From Octopus sinensis (taxonomy: Eukaryota), in the NCBI RefSeq assembly GCF_006345805.1, contig NC_043013.1, positions 44,640,001 through 44,704,000 on the forward strand: a stretch of DNA of 64,000 nt, read 5' to 3'. Below are positions 1 to 12,574 of the stretch, piece by piece. Every line of letters starts with the position of its first letter. Position 1 is the stretch's first letter. A program made the translations under genes and the position numbers. The notes below the pieces were generated by a model. That model did not search any database, was not told where the DNA came from, and was given only the letters and a program-made list of their open reading frames with translations.

Positions 1-217
1 CCATTTGTATTGTTGTCTAGTGGTTCTGAAGCAGTGCCTCATAAGACACTGCTGTGTTATTGCTCTTTGGTGTTTCATGGTATATCACTGTTGTAAATGC
101 CCACTCGGCACAACATTTGCTTTGATTTCGACTTCACTCCCAGTGTGCGGTGTTTTCAACTATGGTCCTACGCCGACCAATGCCTTAATGCCTTGGGAAT
201 GAATTTATTGTGAGTTT

Positions 218-470
218 ACATGTGCATGTGTGTATTTGTATTTGTGTTTGCCCCCACTTCCCACCGCTTTTCAACCGTTGCTGGTATATTTGCATTCCCG
301 TAACTTAAGGGATCGACAAAAGAGAATCGATAGAATAAATACCAAACTTTAAAAAATAAGTACTGGCGTTGAGTTGTTCGACTAAACACTCCAAGGCGGT
401 GCTCCAGCATGACTGTAGTCAGAGAATGAAACCAGTAAACGATAAAAGATATAAAGCAGTTCTTAAATAA
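218..470 (+). mobile_element. SINE family 1, 3' half
   Basis: Diverged copy of the tail (ccgtaactta...gatagaataaatacc...gcggtgctccagcatg...tgaaacc.gtaaa) shared with many copies in the window. Confidence 0.7.
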
Positions 471-979
471 ACAACCTTTTGATCTCAATTACAACCACAG
501 TACTTCACATTTATAAAACAGCGAAAATAAACGAAGGCGTTGCGCATATCCTATAAGTATCGCTGACGTGTTTCGAGTTTCAACACTAAATAGGTTTGTT
601 GTGATGTTTCTCGTGATCTTGTTTGGCTTGTTTAACACACTAGATTTTATTTTTATTTAAAATGTTATTAAAAGAAGTAACTAAGTCCAAATTTACAATT
701 TGACAATGAGCTCAATTCAACAGAAATAACATTTGCAATGATATTGATTCTCTATTTCAAAACTTTTCTAATAAACTTAGTAATTCATTTGACATGAAAA
801 GAATGTTCTTCACTAACTTATTTCTTCAACAAAAGCTAGTGCATGCAGTCAGAATATACGGATGTTGATAATCATTAAACTGATGACATTAGCTGCATGA
901 CAAGTTCTTGTTCTGCTGAGTAGGCCAAGTTCAACCGAGGTTACATCAAAACAAAGTGAAGTTTCTATTAATAATGTCG

Positions 980-1560
980 GCCAGAGAAAGGCTGGCCTAT
1001 ATCACGATGTGTGACAAAAAAGAGAAAGCTTGGTAATGATTCCATGGTTCCCCGTACCTTGAAAAGACGTTCAAACGCGAAACTAAACATGCAACGAACA
1101 AGAACAAGTAAGTCGTTTTTCAAAAAGAAAAAAAGGAGTAAAAGTTTCGTGGTTGTTGTTGGGTAGCAGAAACCATGGTAGATGAAATGGCAGAGTCACG
1201 TATTTGGTCAGCGTGTCGCTTGATTCCGAGAACAATGTTTGATAATGAAGTTGAACAAGAAGTTATCAAAATTCCACTGTCCGATAATATAAACGGAAGG
1301 AGAATAACTGAAATGCATTGTGACATCAAGGAGCATGTTCTGATTGAACTGAAGAAATTGAATTTTGCTTTTACAAGCTGACGAGTCAACCTGCATTAGT
1401 GACAAATCGCAACTGCTATCATTCATTTATAACGTTCAAAGATCTGAAATTATAAACCAATTTTTGTGTTTCAATAAAATTTCAAGAATACAATAAGCGT
1501 AAAAATATATTCGATGCTTTGACTGCATGTTTAGAAAAATATGGAGTTTCATACAGATCA
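980..1560 (+). pseudogene. hAT (Buster/Charlie-like) transposase remnant
   Basis: Frameshifted peptides KIPLSDNINGRRITEMHCDIKEHVLIELKK and QADESTCISDKSQLLSFI match the IPLSxNTxxRRI and LDESTD motifs of Buster-type transposases. Confidence 0.7.
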
Positions 1561-2869
1561 CATTAGTGTTTTTGTTTAAACCATGTCAAACTTGATTGAG
1601 AAAAACTATAACTGAAAGCATTCTAACCACGACCATCCTGCCCCTTTACGACTATCTGGGACAAAATTATCCAACGTGCCCTTACATATAAGAAGGTAAA
1701 GTTATATTAGATGGCGATTTGGTTGTTACGTCTATCAGGTCGAGTATAGCAGAAACTCCCGCAACCTGAGGTCTGCGGGAGTTCCTAAGTGGCACGCCTA
1801 ACAAAAAATTACCTTCCTTTTTCTTTTTTAACAGTATGGCTCGTCTACTGATGAACCATGTCTCATGTGCCCCGCTTCTCGAAAACGGTGCCGCATGCCT
1901 GCCACAGAAACTCCCTCGTTGACTCGATGTATTATTTCCGGTTGCTGTCACAGATTAAACAAAATTTTTAATTTATTATATTGATGTAATTTTTTATGTT
2001 GGTTCAGAATTTAAGATTCATTTACTCCAGAAAAAACTTTAGAAAAAATGTAAGAGGTTCAAAGTTTGATCAGTTTAAGCCAATCAGAAAACAAGACTTG
2101 GAAATCGGCGTTTTCTATGTGATAGCTATCTGTCACAAAATGATTCTTGTCAAAAATTCTGGTGGTGGTCGCGGTGGTGAAAGTGGCGCACCACAGCGTC
2201 CATATTACCATGTAAACCGAGCAGACTACCGCTTCTATGGAAAAGTTTTCGGTCATGTGTATAATGGTGGCTTTCAATTGGCTAATATTACCCAAAATTT
2301 GCAAGCTTTAAATGATAATAACTTACATTTTTTTCCATTTCATTATAAGCACACAAAACTAAATCGGTCTATCAAATTGGAAATTAACTGGAGCAATATT
2401 GAAAAAAAAATCTGTAACAACCGAGAAGATCCAAACAATAAAAACCTCAATTTTATACGAATTCACATGCAATGAGGGAGTTCTGACGTTTGAGTCAGGA
2501 GACTATTTTGATAAATTAGAACTCACATCTTCACTATGCAAACATACTTTTTCAAATTTTCGAAGTTGATGAAAATAAAAATTTTATGAAAAGTCATTAA
2601 ATACAATGGGAAATAGTGAACTTTAGAACTCTTTATTGAATGGAGGAAAGAAAAGTGACTTGAACGTATAATAAAGATACCTGCCTTCAACATAAATAAG
2701 AATAAAAGTAAATAGTATGAATAGAAAAGTTTTAATACTTTATTAAAGACGTAAAGATCAATGCAGTAATATTTAAAACTAATACTGTCAAACAACATGA
2801 AGAAATTTATATTGATGAAATTTCATTTTTTAATCATTACATCCTTCTTCACACTCTGTTTCTTTCATC

Positions 2870-2938
<69 letters not shown>

Positions 2939-3469
2939 GTATATATACTAGATGTACCGCCGTGACCTGTTGGGTCAAAACAACCGCTCCAAGTTGAAAA
3001 TGTCGATGCACGGCGGGAAAGGAAAAAAAAATACTATTTCGAATTTCATGCAATAAAATTCTTAAATAACATAGTTTTGTGTAACAACATAAACACGACC
3101 AAGCGTTTCTTCTTTGAAAACGTTCAAATGGCATTCTACTTTTTTTCCTCACTTTCTTCTTTGCCATTCTTTGCTACAACTGTTCCAAGTGAAATACATG
3201 AATACTTCAGCATAAAGTAATGCTTTTGCAAAGTCATCAGTGATGCACAATGAAAAGAATTCTGTCAATGTTGTTCTCATATGTTGTTTCATTGACAGTC
3301 ATATATATATATATAATATATATATTATATATATATATATATTATATATATATATATTATATATATATCAATATTTATATAAGTAAGGATAAGATCGTTA
3401 ATTTAATTATCGATCTTATCAAGTGGCCAGCATGGAATAAAAACCTTCAAGGGTAATAACTATTATTAA

Positions 3470-3618
3470 AATTATAATTTAGGGTATCTAAGAGATACCT
3501 CCACGCTGGAAATAGCAGCCAAACTTGACTCTAAAGCCACATTTAATGTGGTTTTGGAGTTAAGTTTTGGTTGCTATTTCCACCGTGGAGGTATTTCTTA
3601 GATACCTAAATTATAATT
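3470..3618. repeat. 149-bp near-perfect palindrome (fold-back/MITE-like)
   Basis: Arms 3470-3543 and 3545-3618 are reverse complements with a few substitutions and 1-nt indels, centred on T3544. Confidence 0.9.
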
Positions 3619-4134
3619 ATATATATATATATATCCTCATCTCTCTCACTGCTGAGTGGACTACTAACTTTCTTTTGCTCGTAGCTTTCTACAAGTCAAC
3701 ATCGACTTTTTCTGTCTCTAGAAAGTCGATTCTAAATTGCGCTCCGAATTTTTCCATCGTCTAGGCTTAAAAAAGCCCTCAATGTTGGTTTCATTGTCTT
3801 GTTTTTATTCTTTATGTGTACTGTATTTTAATTTTTATTTGTATTGCTTTTACGTCCTGTTCTTGTCATTTTTTTTCTTTCCTTGTTTTACCTCTCTGCA
3901 AAAGAATTTTATTTAATTCATTTTGCAGGAAGGATTGCTTCAGCCGGATCGTGTTCTGCCCTTACCTTCGAAACACGTATTGAGTCGAACCAGGGGCAGC
4001 TGATGAAGGGGAATATTCCTTGTATTCTTCGTCTTGTACTCTGTTTTATCGTAGTTAAAGAAAGTCCGTTTCCTAGTTTGTTTTTATGTTTCGTTTCTCG
4101 TTGTGTTCTACATTTATTTGTGGTGTCCTGTACT

Positions 4135-4183
<49 letters not shown>

Positions 4184-4831
4184 TATATATAGATATATAT
4201 ATATAATATATATGCATGTATATATACATGTAGATGTAGGTACGTACATACATATATGTATGTATGTATGCATTTTAAATTGTTATTATATATATATATA
4301 TATATATAATGATGATAATATAAAATAATAATAATAATAATATAATAATAATAATAAATAATATAATAATAATAATAATATAATAATATAATAATAATAA
4401 TAATATAGTAATAATATTTGGGGATATATCCAAACTTACAGGGGAAATTAGATTTAGGATTAAATCAATTTCACAGTATAAAAATAAATTAAATTAGAGA
4501 TAAAACCACTATTAGGCAACTCTAACAGTGATAGACATAAGCCAATATATAAAAAAAAATAAAATAATTAATATAATATACAAATATCTATAAAATATAA
4601 ATTTAAAATTTAAATTATTGAAATTTGAAATTTTAAATTTTTATTTTTACATTTAAAATTTAAATTTATAAATTTTTAAACTTTTAAACTTTTAAACTTA
4701 TTTATTTTTTTTTATTAAACTATCCAAAAAGTATTAAAAGTTTAATATAATATAATAAGTAAAAACACTACGTACGTTTCATGGCTATATTCAATTGGAT
4801 TACAATTAAGTTTAAATTCAATTAAAATCTA

Positions 4832-4898
<67 letters not shown>

Positions 4899-4899
4899 T

Positions 4900-4947
<48 letters not shown>

Positions 4948-5331
4948 AATACAGGGTAAATGTTTTTTTAATTTTCTCCTGTTTACGGAATTAATCTTTA
5001 TTTGCGGTAGAAGCTTTGGCTGTTATTTCTAGTGGGTGAATGGCCTATTATGGCCGTTCCTTAATTGTTAATGTTGAACTTAAAAATGGTCTATGACTAT
5101 TTAATTTTTTCCCACTGGGCCGCTGGTGGCAATAAAATTCTACAAAATTTTCCTTGCCACCCTATATTGATTAATTATGAATTTTTTGGTTAATTCCGTA
5201 ATGGAATCGACGGCTGATATTTATTGCTGCCGATAAATTTGGCGCGAGTGCGACGATTTGAAAATTTTAGGTCAGATATTGCCTTGGCAAGATTGGGTAT
5301 GCTCGTGTAAATATCTGTTCCGACTTGAGCT

Positions 5332-5438
5332 ATTTCTTGCTGAAGAATCCGAGGGCTTATGGAAGATTGGCTTGATTTAATTTAATCAGGTTAGTTTACC
5401 ATTAAACAGCGGATGAAACGGTATACCGTACAAGAAAT
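5332..5438 (+). ncRNA. Type I hammerhead ribozyme A1 (intact core)
   Basis: ATTTCTTG-CTGAAGA-ATCCG...CGGAT-GAAA-CGGTATACCG-TA-CAAGAAAT: 8-bp stem I, 5-bp basal stem II, palindromic stem III, GUA site after 5430. Confidence 0.88.
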
Positions 5439-5819
5439 TACAGGGTAAATGTTTTTTTAATTTTCTCCTGTTTACGGAATTAATCTTTATTTGCGGTAGA
5501 AGCTTTGGCTGTTATTTCTAGTGTGAATGGCCTATTATGGCCGTTCCTTAATTGTTAATGTTGAACTTAAAATGGTCTATGACTATTTAATTTTTTCCCA
5601 CTGGGCCGCTGGTGGCAATAAAATTCTACAAAATTTTCCTTGCCACCCTATATTGATTAATTATGAATTTTTTGGTTAATTCCGTAATGGAATCGACGGC
5701 TGATATTTATTTGCTGCCGATAAATTTGGCGCGAGTGCGACGATTTGAAAATTTTAGGTCAGATATTGCCTTGGCAAGATTGGGTATGCCTCGTGTAAAT
5801 ATCTGTTCCGACTTGAGCT

Positions 5820-5922
5820 ATTTCTTGCTGAAGAATCCGAGGGCTTATGAAGATTGGCTTGATTTAATTTAATCAGTTAGTTTACCATTAAACAGCGGAT
5901 AAACGGTATACCGTACAGAAAT
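5820..5922 (+). ncRNA. Type I hammerhead A2 (G of GAAA missing)
   Basis: Second array copy reads CGGAT-AAA and CAGAAAT. The two 1-nt deletions are either real decay or assembly error. Confidence 0.7.
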
Positions 5923-6158
5923 TACAGGGTAAATGTTTTTTTAATTTTCTCCTGTTTACGGAATTAATCTTTATTTGCGGTAGAAGCTTTGGCTGTTATT
6001 TCTAGTGGGTGAATGGCCTATTATGGCCGTTCCTTAATTGTTAATGTTGAACTAAAAATGGTCTATGACTATTTAATTTTTTCCCACTGGGCCGCTGGTG
6101 GCAATAAAATTCTACAAAATTTTCCTTGCCACCCTATATGATTAATTATATATATATT

Positions 6159-6187
<29 letters not shown>

Positions 6188-6189
<2 letters not shown>

Positions 6190-6887
6190 GTAATGACTTA
6201 TGTCCCTCTTAGTAATGACTTATGTCGCTCTTAGCGTGTGGCATTTATGTGTAATAATGCCCTCTATACAATAGAAATAAATATTTTCAAGGGAAAAAAT
6301 TATTTTCGGATTTTTTCTCTTATGAGGTTTTTCACGCTAACTACCTGATAATTTCTTGTTAAGATTCCTTATTAAGATTTTATCCTTAATTGTTAAATTT
6401 ATTCCGAAGAAAAACTTTTCCTACCGACATGCAGTTCGAAAAAGCCCGCCATTTACCGAATATATGATGAATAAACATTTCCATGTGCTTCGCTGAGGGA
6501 AGCAGATGTCTGTTTGGCTTCGCTAGGTATGTTGGTTATGTTTATTTATGATGTGTTCAGAATCTTTTCTACTGATGAACAAAAGATGTATTTAATATGT
6601 TAATTGCGAAATCACAGGTGATATAGATCTAAATTCATTTTTTTAAATGCCTTGCTTCGAGACTACATTCGGTATGATTCGTTAAATTTTGGTAGTAATG
6701 ACTTATGTCCCTCTTAGCGTGTGGCATTTATGTGTAATAATGCCCTCTATACAATATAAATAAATATTTTTCAAGTGAAAAAATTATTTTCGGATTTTTT
6801 CTCTTAGGGTGTTCACTCTACTACACTACCTGATAATTTCTTGTTAAGATTCCTTATTAAGATTTTATCCTTAATTGTTAAATTTAT
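6188..6887 (+). repeat. Tandem array B: ~1.4 copies of a 483-bp unit with a hammerhead
   Basis: tagtaatgacttatgtc recurs at 6188, 6210 (22-bp local duplication) and 6693. Segment 6210-6400 is repeated at 6693-6887. Confidence 0.88.
6568..6627 (+). ncRNA. Type I hammerhead ribozyme B
   Basis: TCTA-CTGATGA-ACAA...TTGC-GAAA-TCACAGGTGA-TA-TAGA: 4-bp stem I, 4-bp hairpin stem III, A/C mismatch at the base of stem II, AUA site after 6623. Confidence 0.72.
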
Positions 6888-7009
6888 ATATATATATATA
6901 TTATATATATATGTATATGTATGTATATAGGTGCAAGCATGGATGCATAGTAAAAAGCTTGTTTTCCTACCATATGGTTCCGAAGAACTGCTTGAAGAAC
7001 TGTTCTGCT

Positions 7010-7862
7010 TTTAGACTAATGCACTGTCATCGCAAATGTCACACCCTGTTTACATGTACGAATACTTTCTTAATTTATATTGATAGATGTGTTAATGTTT
7101 TGTAACGATGTGCTCTATGTAACAACCAACCAAACAAGCAGATAGAAATCGTCATTTATTTATCAATAACATTGCAATCTTCACTGTATTCATACAGTTC
7201 ACGCGCTGTTTACATGTAGGAACATTTTCTTAATTCATATTTATTGATAGCAGCGGTGTTGATGTTTTTGTAAGTGTTGTAAATGTAATGATAATCTAGA
7301 TGTTATTTCATTTCTAAATCTGTATGCAAATTTATTTGTATGTCTACTGTAAAACTAAATGACAGTCTGTTTCTACATTTATTGTAAATCTATTTCAACA
7401 CTAGCGCCCCTGAGTGTAATATTTTCTGGGAACGCACAAAAACTATTTTCAGAGTTATTTACTTTAAATTGTTATTATCTCATATCTTAGCCTGTTATTA
7501 CGTAACATGCTACACGATTTTGGTATACATACCTTATTGGTATTTCCTCCTAAGTTCTGTATACTCTGGGAACGCAATAATGCCCTTTTCGGAGCAACTT
7601 TATTTGAATTCTTACTATCGGGTAACTAATTTCATGTTATTATGTAACTGATATCACAATTTGGGTATTCATAACTTATTGGGATTTCCTTAAAACAATG
7701 TCCTATGTAAGACAGTTCGGTATTTTCTGTAAATGCACAAAAACCGATTTAAGGGCTACATACTTTGTATTTTTGTTATTGGATTAGCAAAACAATTATG
7801 AGAACGGAACCAAGGGATAAGCCCCGCTTTTCCGGGAACTATCGGGTACGTCAGCTAGTATT
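7010..7862 (-). mobile_element. Possible non-autonomous Helitron-like element
   Basis: Minus strand begins atactagctgacgtacccg, resembling ACTAGC-type Helitron-like ends. Internal imperfect direct repeats at ~7045-7105 and ~7203-7275. Confidence 0.3.
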
Positions 7863-7896
7863 TATATATATGTATATATATATTTGAATATATGTA

Positions 7897-7935
<39 letters not shown>

Positions 7936-8029
7936 TGTGTGTGTGTGTGTGTGTGTATGTATATATATACCTACACACAGACACACACACATTTATGCAA
8001 CGTACATACAGTTATGTATACACACACAC

Positions 8030-8077
<48 letters not shown>

Positions 8078-8168
8078 GTATATATATGTATGTATATTTA
8101 ATATAACCATATAAAACATATATATGTATATAAGTATATATATATAACTTGTATATAGATATTATATA

Positions 8169-8210
<42 letters not shown>

Positions 8211-8381
8211 ATAATATATATGAGAAAGTTGGTTTGTGAAAGCACCGTGGTTGAATATATAGAAAATAGTAAAAAGTGAAAAAACTACAGAAGGCTTGTT
8301 TTAAAAGGTTAAAAAATATATATTTGAGTCAATATGTCTGAAGAATATTATAAATTTTTTTCTTACAATGACATAGTTTAG

Positions 8382-8421
8382 AAGAAATGACCGGTTTGCG
8401 TTTAGCCTTTTCAAATTTCTT
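8382..8421 (-). ncRNA. Minimal hammerhead variant C2 in the left inverted arm
   Basis: Minus strand AAGAAAT-TTGAAAA-GGCTAAACGC-AAA-CCGG-TC-ATTTCTT. This copy lacks the G of GAAA. Confidence 0.5.
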
Positions 8422-8830
8422 ACATCGTATGTTTATGTTGAGAAGAGTTATCGTTATGTTATGTTGAAAAGAGTTCTAGATAAGGGGAGGCAATAAGTGA
8501 TTTCTTCCGGTGTAAGGGAGATAATCGCTTTAAATTTTTTGCCTTTCCTTTGGGGTGGATTTCTCTGTATAAGTATGTTGGAATGGTTAAGTCTGGGCTT
8601 GTACTTTTCAATGAAGAATGTTTCCTGTTTAGTCTAATTTGTGTTGGTGTTCCGATAGCACATTGGTAAAATGGAAAGATTAAAAATTGTGTAGTAGTAG
8701 TTGCTTGCGCATTTCTCAATGTGCTCACTAAAAGGTATCATTCTGTATTCTGGGAATGCAATCTGTTGTCGATGCAGTGTGCATCTACGTCTGAGTGATA
8801 GTCCCGTGGATCCCACGTAGTCTTGGTGGC

Positions 8831-11089
8831 CAACCTAAATGAAATCAAGGATAATATAACAGAATTTTGCAGAAAATTAAGACTAGCAGAAGCATCAACC
8901 AGTTTCAATACTGAAGATGAATCACTAGTCAAGAACAAAAGTGAACACATCCCACACAGAGGAAGAAATAAAGATCTTGACGAATTATGTAACCACATTG
9001 AGAACTTTCCCTACCATACTATACATAAACAGAAAGTTAACTCAAATTTTAACACTACACAATGGAAGGAACTGATAGAACTTCAAAATGATGAAGATAT
9101 AACCATTAAGGAAGCAGACAAGGGAAATGCAGTTATAATAATGGATACATCATACTATAGAAATCTTGTAATTTCCTTGCTTGATGACAACCAACATAAT
9201 GAAAAAATTACCAACTACACATCACAAAAAATAATGAAAACTCTATCTTCACTAATTAAAACCCAGGAAAAGGAACTAACAACCAAAGAGATCGACTTTC
9301 TAACAAACTTTAAATGCAAACCTAGCCTTTTCTATGGTCTGCCAAAAATTCATAAAAGCCAAATTATAAATGAAACCATTAAAAATCACCAAAGACATAC
9401 ATACACACACCTAACCGGGGGACCTAAAACTGCGACCCATTGTAGCTGGCCCAACCTGTGAAACACACAGACTAAGTCTATTTATGGACATCCTCCTAAA
9501 ACCCTTCCTTAAACATATCGATAGCCATATCAGAGATGACTTAGATATGTTAAACCACCTTCCAAAAAAAGCCAAGGAGAAACAATCATGGTTTCATTTG
9601 ATGTAGTTAACTTATATACCAGTATACCTCATAATTATGGACTAGAGGCAATACAGTTCTGGCTGGACCAATTTCCGGAAGAAATACCAAAAAGGATCAG
9701 TAAAGAATTCATTACTAAATCAATTGAATTCATCCTACATAATAACCACTTCATGTTTGACAATACATTTTACCGTCAAAATCCGGAATTGCTATGGGTA
9801 CAAGGGCAGCACCAGTCATTGCGAACCTAACAATGGGCTACCTGGAAATAATCATTTACCAGGAATCTTTATCAATCTTTGAAACCCCTCTCTCAATACA
9901 TAAAAGAGAATTGGAAACGATTCCTGGACGATTGTTTATACTATCTGGAATGAAAACACAGATAAACTCCTAAAATTTAAAAACCTATTGAACAGCATAA
10001 ACCCAATATACAGTTCACAATGGAATACAACCAAAAGGAGCTCCCGTTCTTGGATATACTAATTAAAAAAATTAACCTTAAAATAGAAACAGACATTTTT
10101 TCCAAAGCCACAGACGCCAAACAATACTTCTTTTTAATTCATGCCACCCAGACAACACTAAAACAAACATCCCCTCAACCTTGCAAGAAGGATATGCACA
10201 ATGTCAGAACAAATACCAGGACTTTAGACTGCAAGAACTCAAAAACACCCTAATTGACAGACATTACCCAGCTCAACTCATAGAGGATGGATCAGACGTG
10301 CAACAGAAATCACCATAGAAACTTTAAGAAAAGTTCAACACAACAACACACCTTCCCCCGAAATACTACCTTACATATCCACATACAACCCCAGAAACAA
10401 AAAGCCTTCACCATCATCATCCCAGAATTTACCAATACTTCATAGGACCCCAAATTAAAGGAAATTCTAAACATACACCAAATCATTAAAAGCTACAAAC
10501 AACCTAAATCACTTAAAAAGATTCTCACAAAGGCAAAATTGTTTTCTGAAATTACGGATGCAAAAGTTAAAAAAATGTGGTAGACCGAACTGTGCAACAT
10601 GTCCAAACCTGCTAGAAGGATCAGAATTCCTCTTCAAAGAGGGACAGAAATTCAAGATCAAATCTAATTTTACTTGTGCCTCTGAAAACATAATTTATGT
10701 CATAAAATCTCGGGCTGCCACCAAGACTACGTGGGATCCACGGGACTATCACTCAGACGTAGATGCACACTGCATCGACAACAGATTGCATTCCCAGAAT
10801 ACAGAATGATACTTTTTAGTGAGCACATTGAGAAATGCGCAAAGCAACTACTACCACAAATTTTTTAATCTTTCCATTTTACCAATGTCTATCGCAACAC
10901 CAACCACAAATTAGACTAAACAAGGAAACATTCTTCATTGAAAAGTACAAGCCCAGACTTAACCATTCCAACATACTTATACAGGAAATTCACCCCAAAG
11001 GAAAGGCAAAAAATTTTAAGCGATTATCTCCCTTACACCGGAAGAAATCACTTATTACCTCCCCTTATCTAGAACTCTTTTCAACATAA
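8831..11089 (+). pseudogene. PLE reverse transcriptase plus GIY-YIG endonuclease (frameshifted, 5'-truncated)
   Basis: Motifs IKEADKGNAVIIMD, FYGLPKIHK, SFDVVNLYTSIP, WKRFLDDC, LPFLDILI, CGRPNCATC, NIIYVI and DYVGST across several frames. Confidence 0.92.
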
Positions 11090-11128
11090 ACATAACGATA
11101 ACTCTTCTCAACGTAAACATAACGATGT

Positions 11129-11168
11129 AAGAAATTTGAAAAGCTAAACGCGAAACCGGTCATTTCTT
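11129..11168 (+). ncRNA. Minimal type I hammerhead C1 with U3:A8 core variant
   Basis: AAGAAAT-TTGAAAA-GCTAAACGC-GAAA-CCGG-TC-ATTTCTT: 7-bp stem I, palindromic stem III, GUC site, located in the PLE 3' region where HHRs are expected. Confidence 0.65.
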
Positions 11169-11296
11169 CTAAACTATGTCATTGTAAGAAAAAATTTATA
11201 ATATTCTCAGACATGTTGACTCAATATATATTTTTTAACCTTTTAAAACAAGCCTTCTGTAGTTTTTTCACTTTTTTACTATTTTCTATATATATA

Positions 11297-11337
<41 letters not shown>

Positions 11338-11345
11338 CATGCATG

Positions 11346-11387
<42 letters not shown>

Positions 11388-11652
11388 ACACATATGTATT
11401 CAGCGAGGAAGAGAGGGAGAAAGAGAGGGAGAGAGATTTACAGTAGATAACCCATAACTTTCTCATTTTCTCATTTGTTTTATTGCAACGACATTAATGA
11501 AATCTAATATCTGGCTAAGATCGAAGAGAAACCGCTGTATATAATGGCTTATATAGATCGGTCGATTATGGGTACCCAAACACATACAGACACAAACAAA
11601 CTCACACACACACACACACACACACCACACACACACCACACAACAACATAAC

Positions 11653-11703
<51 letters not shown>

Positions 11704-11734
11704 TTTGAACGCATACACGCGCTCACCCGTCCTC

Positions 11735-11777
<43 letters not shown>

Positions 11778-11985
11778 ATAATATATATATAATATTATAT
11801 ATATCTATATATATAATATGTCACACACACGCATTCACATACAAACGGGTACACTGAACAATGACGCACACAGAAATAACGTGTTGCTTTTATGAAAAGC
11901 TAAAACTGATGCTATGGCCACAACAATCATTGTCACTACGACGAACCGCAACACATATGACTACGCTTCTGCTGTTACTGCCCCT

Positions 11986-12055
<70 letters not shown>

Positions 12056-12126
12056 TTACAAGTGCATCTATCTAACTGTCTATCCATCCATCCATCCATT
12101 TATCTATCTATCTATCTATCTCTCTC

Positions 12127-12207
<81 letters not shown>

Positions 12208-12574
12208 GCACACACTCATATACGTCCAAAATTAACATCGAGAATAACAACACAGAAGATAAAAAGTGAAAACTGATTGCCATTATTAGTTTGACGTTCA
12301 GTGCGAGATTAAGAAACTAGACGAGTTTTTGATGCTTCGAGCTGAAGTTCTGCTTCAGATAGTTTGAGAGAATAGGGAAGGAGTATGGAGTAGAGTAAAC
12401 AAAGAAAACAAGAGTAAGTGAGAAGTATGTGTTGTTCTGTAGCTAGTAATATGCATGTATGTATGTATGTATGTATGCATGTATGTATGTATGTATGTAT
12501 GTATGTATGTATGTATGTATGTATGTATGTATGTATGTATGTATGTATGTATGTATGAATGACTGTATGTATGT

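Larger units (their letters stand above)
4951..6148 (+). repeat. Tandem array A: ~2.5 copies of a ~485-bp unit carrying a hammerhead ribozyme (retrozyme-like)
   Basis: Unit start acagggtaaatg recurs at 4951, 5440 and 5924. Copies are near-identical apart from mostly 1-nt indels. Confidence 0.92.
8255..11292 (+). mobile_element. Penelope-like element with 576-bp inverted terminal duplication
   Basis: 8255-8830 is the reverse complement of 10717-11292, and the body carries RT and GIY-YIG coding sequence. Confidence 0.93.

Noticed and set aside
880-960. CTGATGA at 880 (likewise ~1847, ~16114, ~41829)
   Set aside because: No correctly placed GAAA, stem III or stem I.
1996-2475. 159-aa ORF
   Set aside because: No recognisable motif, and the composition fits AT-rich repeat DNA.
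3940-4025. GAAA...CTGATGA in permuted order (possible type II HHR)
   Set aside because: The segment between the putative cleavage site and CTGATGA cannot form stem I. At most these are two half-motifs.
4765-4790. Minus-strand GAAA-CGTACG-TA half hammerhead
   Set aside because: The CTGANGA half is absent; the upstream sequence runs into (ATCT)n.
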